The notes under the pieces are model-generated. The model was given only the letters and a program-made list of their open reading frames with translations. It made no database searches and was not told the origin of the DNA. Below are positions 54,893 through 64,000 of a stretch of DNA of 64,000 bases, piece by piece (position 1 is the first letter of the stretch; each line of letters begins with the position of its first letter). The DNA is taken from NCBI GenBank assembly GCA_051294375.1, contig CM119269.1:2596699-2660698 (forward strand), written 5' to 3'. The stretch is from Paraspadella gotoi (lineage: Eukaryota; Animalia; Chaetognatha). Position numbers and translations under genes: made by a program.

Positions 54893-56604
54893 TTAGATGT
54901 AGGGGAGGGCAAAAGGTAGAGCAGAAGATAAAACGATGTTAAGGGGGGGATTGGCAAATAAGGAGAGAGAGGAGAGAGACGCGAGAGAGAGAGAAGATGA
55001 GATGGAGAGAGAGAGATGAGAGAGAGAGAGAGATAATACGTGTACTAGGGGAGGGCAAAGTAGCAGGAGAGATAAACGATATGTAAGGGGCGATGGCAAA
55101 AAGGGAGAGAAGACGAGAGGCGGAGGGAGAGAGGAGGAGAGTCGAGAGAGACGAGACGAGAGGAGAGAGAAGAGAGAGAGAGAGAGATAAAACGAGTAGG
55201 GTGAGAGGGAGAGGCAAAAGGTTAGAAGGAAAGCTGAAGGAAGGAGTCGATTATAAATCACGAGGCGATTGATGAACGCGGTTGGGGGTGGAATCGTGGG
55301 AGAAGGAGAAATGGAAGGAGAGAAGGGAAAATGAGAGAAGAAAGAGAAAGGAAGAAGAAGGAAGAAAAGAAAAAAAAACATTTAAAAGAGAAAGTTGGAA
55401 AAGGGATTTAAAAAAAAAGCTTCAATGGGAAATTAGAATTGAACAGCAGAGGAGAGTAAAGTAGAGAAGAGAAGAGAAGGAAGAGGAAAGAGAAGAGAAA
55501 GAGAAGAGAAGAGAAGAGAATAGAGAAAGAAGAAAAGGGAGAAGCAGAAGGAAAGAAGCAATACCGATTTGTAAAAAGAAAGTACGCAAGAGACAGCGAT
55601 TAAGGAAACGAGAAAGGGATAACGTAGGCTGGAGAAGGACGATATGACTCGAACGAGAGGAAAAGAGTGGAATAACGATTGAGACGGTTGCGGACAGGAA
55701 GGGAGGAAAGGAGAAAAGAGGGGGAGAGAAAGGAAGAAAAGAGGAGGGAGGAAAGGTAAGAAAGAGGAGCGGAGGAAAGAAAGTAGGGAGATCTGGAGAG
55801 AAGAGAGAAGAGAGAAAGAGAGAGCAGAAAAAGGCAAAAGCAGGAAAGAGAGATAGAAACAAAGAAAAAAGGAGAGGAACAGACCTAAAAGAGAAAAGAG
55901 AAAACGTAGGTATAGAAAGAGGAGAAAATTAAAAAAAAGAAAAAAGAATAAAGGAAAAAGAATGCGAATAAAAAGAAAGATAAACTCGAGATAAGCGGAA
56001 GATTAAAGATTTTCACCAGAACCCATTTCTCTCCAGAAGTTTTCGCTTGCGGTCTGAATGACTCTTAAGTTTCCGCTGGGGCGTCTGCTTTTTTATCTGT
56101 TTTCGTCGCTTTTATTGGTATTGAGTTCATTTGTACTTTCACCATCGCGTGAAATGTCACGTGACTCTCTCGTCACCGCCGAGGCACTGCTCTTACTTTA
56201 TTTCCCCCGTGATTTGAACGCTCCTGTCACAGTTTTCTGGGCGCATAAACGAGCAGCGAAGTAAGGGGCAAAACGTTTCCGGTATGGCGGTATTCGCTCC
56301 GTGGTTTACGACGGATAGTCAATTCTCTCTTCTCTTCTCTCTCTCCTCTCTCTTCCTTCCCTCCTCCAATTTCTCTCGCACATATCTCACTTATTCCTCC
56401 CGCCCCAAAATTTTTCCGCCCTGTCTCAAATTAAAGAATATATTCAGAACTTAATTTGCATACCTTCGACTCTCTAAACGCCGGACCGGAGATTTTGCAT
56501 ACTATAGATTATATTCCTGCCGATCTCAATGTCTCTCTCTCATCTTCTTCTTCTCTCTCTCTCTCTCTCTTCTCCTCTCTCTCTCTCTCTCTCTCATCTC
56601 TTCG

Positions 56605-56636
<32 letters not shown>

Positions 56637-57418
56637 TAGCGGATCATCTTTACGATAGGCCTTAAGTGAGCTCTTTCTGGCTTCTTTTTTACTAACAAAG
56701 ATGGTTATTAAGTTTCTCAAAAAACATTCGGTCAATCCGTTAATTAATTTTCCGTCCATCAGTCGGGTCGCGTCGGGTCTTCCCGAAATATTTATTTCTC
56801 ACGTCTTTTTCTCAGAAAATTCGTTTCATCTACCTATGTGATCGAGTGTTTTTCGCTAGAGCTTTTCTGGGAAGACATACGATGAAGAGAGGGTGAAGAG
56901 TTACCATCTCTCTGTCTCTGTCTTCTCTCTCTCTCTGTCTCTGTTCTCTCTCTCTCTCTCTCTTACGATTGGTTAAGACGCAGGATGGAAACCGGAAGTG
57001 TTTCTGGCGCCGCTGGTAAATACGAACGATGTCGCGCGATCAAAAACCTGAATGAAAAATTGCCACTCATGCATTTTTGTATGCAGTTCAATGCCGATTA
57101 TTTTTGCGCAACATTAAACGTTTTACTATTAGTTGATTAGAGCTTTCTTATAATTGTTTCAATGCTCTAAATGACTGGGCCAAAGAAATATGTTTATTAA
57201 GCATGGAGTTCCAAATGTTTTCAAATTTAAGAGGCATAGATAATCTATTAAATTCACATTAGACATTAGATAATCATTTAATTGCTTTTCCAAATTTTAT
57301 AAACCGTTAAACATTAACATTCCGAATTGTTTTAAAAGAGAATCTGCATCCGAAAGTCAGTTCTTGACGAAGCAGCGGAAACAAAACCGGGCGCGATAGC
57401 CTTCAACCACCGCCAGTT

Positions 57419-57497
57419 CGTCAGGTGCGAGGATTCGAAGCCGAGACCCATGGGATATGATGGCGACGGTTTTTGCCTCCTGCGCTAACTGAGGGGC
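57419..57497 (-). pseudogene. tRNA-Met(CAT)-derived pseudogene or SINE head
   Basis: Mirror copy of 61975-62049. A box tagcgcaggagg and B-box-like gcttcgaatcc. Confidence 0.55.
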
Positions 57498-59223
57498 GTT
57501 CGGCGAAAGTTGGGGAGAAAACTTGTGAGCTGGGATAAATTGATGATTGATATGAATATGAATTAGCTGAGTAGGTAGCAGTGCGAAAGTCTTTATCTAA
57601 AATTACAAGGAAAATAAACAAAAAACATAGCAAAAGAACAAGGAAAATAAAATAGGAAAGCAAAAAAGAACGAAAGAAAAAGAAATAAATAAACAAAGAA
57701 AGAATTATAAATTATATTTAATAAACAAACGGAACCAAAAGAGGGCGCTGACAACAAAAATAAATTTTTGTTTTTTTCTCATCTCGTCTTCGCCTTCGTT
57801 CGCCGCCAACGGACTAATGGCTCCAAAAACGCGATGAGCGCCCGTAAAAAAAAAAAATTGCGCCCACAAAAAGTTAAAGAAGAAATTGTAAATAAAGAAT
57901 AAAGAAAACGCATTCTGCTGCCCCTTCGGCAACTGAGACTATTTTTTATCTCGACCAGAGACGCACTTACTCGAGCAAACTGAATAACGACCTCTCCTTT
58001 GGCATGTTGTCGTAACGAGTTGAAGGTAATCGGAACAAAACATGAGAGATGATGAAGAGAGAGAAACGAGAGAGAGAGAGAGAGAGAGATAGAGAGAGCA
58101 AAGATTTTTATGTGATCTTACATAAAATGACAAATCACAGCAAATCTCCTTAAAACGTCTCTTCCTAAAGGTTAAGCGGTTTAAATTAAATACAATTATA
58201 TTCATTTAGGTTGCGTTAATTTAAAACCTCACCTCGGGTGATGTATATATATATCGAACTTTATTGACATGAATGCATTTATCGGAAAACAATTTCACAT
58301 ATGGATTTATTGGTAGCAGGAAGAAAAATTGCAAAAATCTCCTATTTATAAAATTTTTGTATACTTTGATTTTTACATTGTATTAATATATTTAACACAA
58401 AACAGTCAAAAAAACTGTAAACCTTACTTTTTTTTAATTACTACCCTATAAAATCCATTCTAAACTAAAAAAAATTATATCTTGCCAGTTTTCGTGGTTA
58501 ATTTAAAATTTTTTTTAAAATTTTAATTCTTCAATTTCTCGACGGGGTAGTGGGAACAATTAAAAGACTCTCTCGGATTCAAGGGTGCGAGCGTTGCGAG
58601 GCGTGCGAGCGTGCGAGCAGCCGCCGTACGAGTATAGGGAAAACATTGACAACTAATTATAGATTTTTTTTTTTTCTGGGAATCGAGATTAGGAAATCTT
58701 TTTTCCGACGTTTTATGGTTGGAAGATCTTGGGAGGAATTTGAAGACGGAGAGAACGAATTGGGAGAAATTAGAAAATAGAATTAAGGATTGAAAAAAAG
58801 GGAGGGAAAAAAAAATATAAGACGAGATTTGGGACGTAAAACGATAATTAGGGTTGATAAAGCTTAAATAAAAAAAAGAAGGAAGAAAAGTCTTTTCAAT
58901 TTTACTCTTTGATGTCTTTTTTTTTTTTTAAGATAAAAATTTGGGGTCTATAATTAATTCGAAACTTAGCCTGAAGACAAATATTAGTCGAAACAGTACA
59001 ATATAAAATAAATAAAGAGCTGCATGATTATAGATAATTTAATAATTGAAAAAAAAAACATGTTAATAGGAAAAAAATGCCGAAAGAAAAAAAAAGGAGG
59101 CAAAGAGAGAGGACGCGTTTAAAAGGAAATAAATTTAACAGCTGGAGCGGTAAGATTAAATTGGTTATTTCGCGGTTTTCCCTGATCAAAGCGCGATGTG
59201 GGCGAGAAAGGATGAAAATATTT

Positions 59224-59257
<34 letters not shown>

Positions 59258-59269
59258 TCATTCCTCTCT

Positions 59270-59317
<48 letters not shown>

Positions 59318-60230
59318 GTCATTGATATTCGGCTCTCTTTCTTTTTGGTCCCGCCATTTTGTTTGATAAATTGATTGATAGACAAAAATATTGATTGACT
59401 TCCCATGGTGAATGTCTTATGATTAGCTCAAGGTATCATTTCTGGTCCCTTTTTTTCATGTCTGAAAACGTGAAAAGGTTGAGAATGGGTGGGCAAAATC
59501 GAGAATGGGTCAAAATGGGTGAAGAGTCTGAAGATGGATCAGAAACGGTCAAAAAATGGAAACGGGTCGCCGGTCGCCCACTCGAATGGAGGAAAGTATC
59601 CGACCAAAATGACCCGAGAAAAAAAAAANNNNNNNNNNNNNNNNNNNNNNNNNNNNNNNNNNNNNNNNNNNNNNNNNNNNNNNNNNNNNNNNNNNNNNNN
59701 NNNNNNNNNNNNNNNNNNNNNNNNNNNNNNNNNNNNNNNNNNNNNNNNNNNNNNNNNNNNNNNNNNNNNNNNNNNNNNNNNNNNNNNNNNNNNNNNNNNN
59801 NNNNNNNNNNNNNNNNNNNNNNNNNNNNNNNNNNNNNNNNNNNNNNNNNNNNNNNNNNNNNNNNNNNNNNNNNNNNNNNNNNNNNNNNNNNNNNNNNNNN
59901 NNNNNNNNNNNNNNNNNNNNNNNNNNNNNNNNNNNNNNNNNNNNNNNNNNNNNNNNNNNNNNNNNNNNNNNNNNNNNNNNNNNNNNNNNNNNNNNNNNNN
60001 NNNNNNNNNNNNNNNNNNNNNNNNNNNNNNNNNNNNNNNNNNNNNNNNNNNNNNNNNNNNNNNNNNNNNNNNNNNNNNNNNNNNNNNNNNNNNNNNNNNN
60101 NNNNNNNNNNNNNNNNNNNNNNNNNNNNNNNNNNNNNNNNNNNNNNNNNNNNNNNNNNNNNNNNNNNNNNNNNNNNNNNNNNNNNNNNNNNNNNNNNNNN
60201 NNAAAAAGAAAGAGAGCGAATATCAATGAC

Positions 60231-60332
<102 letters not shown>

Positions 60333-61412
60333 TCATCCTTTCTCGCCCACACTCGCGCTTTGATCGGAAAACCGCGAATAACCAATTTATCTTACCGCTC
60401 CACGCTGTTTAATTTATTCCTTTTTAACCGTCTCTCTCTTCCTCCTTTTTTTTTTCTTTCGGCATTTTTTTTTGTTTCCTATTAACTGTTTTTTGTTTTC
60501 ATTATTAAATTATCTTATCATCAGCTCTTTATTTAGTTTTATTTTACTTTTCGACTATTATTTGTCTTCAGGCTAAGTTTCGAATTAATTATAGATCCCC
60601 AATTTTTATCTTAAAAAAAAAAGACATCAAGAGTAAAATTTGAAAGACTTTTCATCCTTCTTTTTTTTTATTTTAACTTTCAACCCTAATTATCGTTTAC
60701 GTCCCAATCTCGTCTTAATTATTTTTTTTCCTCCCTTTTCTGTTTTCATCCTTAATTCTATTTCTAATTTCTCCCAATTTTCTCTCCGTCTTCCAAATTC
60801 CTCCCAAGATCCTTCCAACCATAAAACGTCGGAAAAAGATTTCCTAATCTCGATTCCCAGAAAAAAAAAAATCTAATTATGCAAATTGTTTTCCCTATTA
60901 CTCGTCGCGCTGCTCGCACGCTCGCACGCTCGCACGCTCGCACCCTTGAAGCCGGGAGAGTCTTAATTGTTCCACTCCTCCCGGTCCGAGAAATTGAAGA
61001 ATTAAAATTTTAAAAATTTATACCACGAAACTGGCAAAGATATAATTTTTTTAGTTTAGAATGGATTTTTAGGTAGTAATAAAAAAAAGTAAGGTTACAG
61101 GTTTTTTGACTGTTTTTGTGTAAATATTATATACAATGTAAAAATCAAAGTATACAAAAATTTATAAATAGGAGATTTTTGCAATTTTTCTTCTCCTACC
61201 AATAAATCCATATGTGAAATTGTTTTCCGATAAATGCCATTCATGTCATAAAGTTCGATATATATATACATCACCCGAGAGTGAGTTTTAATTAACGCAA
61301 CCTAAATGAATTAAATTGTATTTAATTTAAACCGCTTAACCTTTAGGAAGACGTTTAAGAGATTTGCTGTGATTGTCATTTATTAAGATCACAAAAATCT
61401 TTGCTCTCTCTA

Positions 61413-61454
<42 letters not shown>

Positions 61455-61974
61455 ATGTTTTGTTCCGACTTACCTCACTCGTTACGACAACGCCAAAGGA
61501 GAGGTCGTTATTCAGTTTGCTCGAAGTAAGTGCGTCTGGTCGGAGATAAAAATAGTCTCAGTTGCCGAGGGGCACAGAATGCGTTTTCTTTATTCTTTAT
61601 TTACATTTCTTCTTTACTTTTTGTGGGCGCAATTTTTTTTTTTTCCGGCGCTCGCGTTTTGGGCCATTAGTCGTTGGCGGCAACGAAGGCGAAGACGAGA
61701 TGAGAAACAAACAAAAGATTATTTTTTTGTCAGCGCCCTCTATTTGGTTCCGTTTGTTTATTAAATATAATTTAAATTCTTTCTTTGTTTATTTATTTCT
61801 TTTTCTTTCGTTCTTTTTTGCTTTCTATCTTTTATTTTTCCTGTTCTTTTGCTATGTTTTTTGTTTATTTTCCTTTGTATCTTTACTAAAGACTTTCGCC
61901 CTGCCTACCTCTCAGCTAATTCATATTCATCAATCATCAATTATCCACCAGTTTTCTCCCCAACTTTCGCCGAC

Positions 61975-62049
61975 GCCCTCGTTAGCGCAGGAGGCAAAAC
62001 CGTCGCCTCATATCCCATGGGTCTCGGCTTCGAATCCTCGCACCTGACG
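61975..62049 (+). pseudogene. tRNA-Met(CAT)-derived pseudogene or SINE head
   Basis: GCCCTCGTTAGCGCAGGAGG...CGTC..CTCATA...GGTC...TTCGAATCCTCGCAC resembles animal elongator tRNA-Met as I recall it (GCCTCGTTAGCGCAGTAGG...CTCATAA...GTTCGATCCTCACAC). The stems no longer pair well. Confidence 0.6.
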
Positions 62050-62823
62050 AACTGCGGTGGTTGAAGCTATCGGCCCGGTTCTTGTTCCCGCTTCGTCAAG
62101 AACTGACTTTCGGATGGCAGATTCTCTTTTAAAACAATTCGGAATTTATGTTTACGTTTATAAAATTTGGAAAAGCAATTTAATGATTATCTAATGTCTA
62201 ATGTAATTTAATAGATTATCTATGCCTCTTAAATTTGAACATTTGGACTCCATGCTTAATAAACATATTTCTTTGCCCAGTCATTTAGACATTGAAACAT
62301 TATAGAAACTCTATCAACTAATAGTAAAACGTTTAATGTTGCGCAAATAATTCGGCATTGACTGCACAAAATGCATGAGTGGCAATTTTTCATTCAGGTT
62401 TTTGATCGCGCGACATCGTCGGATTTACCGCGGCGCCAAAACACTTCCGGTTTCCATCTGCGTCTTAACCATCGGTAAGGAGAGAGAGAGAGAGAGACAG
62501 AGACAGAGAGAGAGAGAGACAGAGACAGAGAGATGGTAACTACTTCAACCCTCTCTTCATCGTATGTCTTCCCAGAAAGCTCTGAGCGAAAAACACTCGA
62601 TCACAGGTAGATGACGAATTTCTGAGAAAAGACGTGAGAAATAAATATCTTCGGGAGACCGACCGACCGACTGATGGACGGAAACATTAATTAACGGATT
62701 GACCGAAGTGTTTTTAAAACTTAATAACCATCTTTGTTAGTAAAAAGAAGCCTAGAAGAGAAAGGCTTCACCTTTTAAGTCCGCGATAACGAAAGACTTC
62801 GATCCGCTAAGAGGAGAGAGGAG

Positions 62824-62867
<44 letters not shown>

Positions 62868-62876
62868 AGAAGAGAG

Positions 62877-62907
<31 letters not shown>

Positions 62908-64000
62908 CCTTGAGATCGGCAGGGAATATAATCTATATGCAAAATCTCCGGTCCGGCGTTAGAGAGTCGAGTTATGGCAAATTAAGTCTGATATAATCTT
63001 TAATTTTGAGACAGGGCGGAAAAATTTTGGGGGCGGGAGGAATAAGTGAGAATATGTGCGAGGAGAAATTGGAGGAGGGAAGGAAGAGAGTGAGAGAGAG
63101 AGAGAGAGAGAGAGAATGACGTATCACGTCGTAAACACGGAGCGAATACCGCCATACCGGTGAAACGTTTGCCCCTTACTTCGGCTGCTCGTTTATCGCC
63201 CAGAAACTGTGACAGGAGCGTTCAAATCACGGGGGAATAAAGTAACAGTGACTCGGCGGTGACGAGAGAGTCACGTGACATTCACGCGATGGTGAAAGTA
63301 CAAATGAACTCAATACCAATAAAAGCGACGAAACAGATAAAAAAGCAGACGCCCGAACGGAATTAAGAGTCATTCAGACCGCAAGCGAAAACTTCTGAGG
63401 ATTGGGTTCTGGTGAAAATCTTTATCTTCCGCTTATCTCCGGAGTTTTCTTTCTTTTTATTCCAATTCTTTTTCTTTATCTCTTTTTCTTTTTTTTTAAT
63501 TTTCTCCTCTTTCTATCCTACGTTTTCTCTTTCTCTCTTTTTCTGTTCCTCTCTTTTTCTTTGTTTCTATCTCTCTTTCCTGCTTTTGCTTTTTCTCTTC
63601 TCTCTTTCCTCTTCTCTCAGTTCTCTCAGATCTCCCTACTTTCTTTCCTCCCTCCTCTTTTCTCCTTTCCTCCCTCCTCTTTTCTCCTTTCCTCCCTCCT
63701 CTTTTCTCCTTTCCTCCCTTCCTTCCCAACCTCTTCAACGTTATTCCACTCTTTTCCTCTCGTTCGAGTCATATCGTCTTCTCCAGCCTACGGTTTCCTT
63801 TCTCGTTTCTCTTATCGCTGTCTCCTTCGTACTTTCTTTTTACAATCGGTATTCCTTCTTTCCTTCTCTTCTCCTTTCTTCTTTTCTCTTCTCTTCTCTT
63901 CTCTTCTCTTCTCTTCTCTTCTCTTCTCTTCTCTTCTCTTCTCTTCTCTACTTTACTCTCCTCTGTTTCATTCTAATTTCCCATTGAGCTTTTTTTTAAA

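Overview
This is a repeat-rich, AT-rich eukaryotic (animal-like, probably invertebrate) draft scaffold, not prokaryotic DNA; I see no operons or CRISPR arrays. Nearly all ORFs in the supplied track are artefacts of (AG)n/(CT)n microsatellites, minisatellites or N-gaps. Supportable content: (1) three phase-compatible + strand exons (47517-47557, 51080-51240, 52868-52945) encoding an unrecognised Cys-containing, possibly extracellular protein, plus weaker exon candidates upstream; (2) a decayed non-LTR retrotransposon with RT motifs and a (TTCAA)n tail at 18.8-20.1 kb; (3) a hammerhead-ribozyme core of Penelope type inside a ~40-bp hairpin at 38.9-39.1 kb; (4) a tRNA-Met-derived pseudogene or SINE head and a second tRNA-like SINE head; (5) four fragments of a DINE-1/HINE-like element; (6) many minisatellites; (7) CpG-rich islands with ETS, CRE, YY1 and Hox/Pbx-like motifs. 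Several kb-scale direct and inverted duplications are indel-rich and abut N-gaps, often of about 25 N. They are most likely long-read gap-filling artefacts. I find no convincing evidence of a new multi-gene system. The hammerhead hairpin and the unidentified spliced gene are the best leads.
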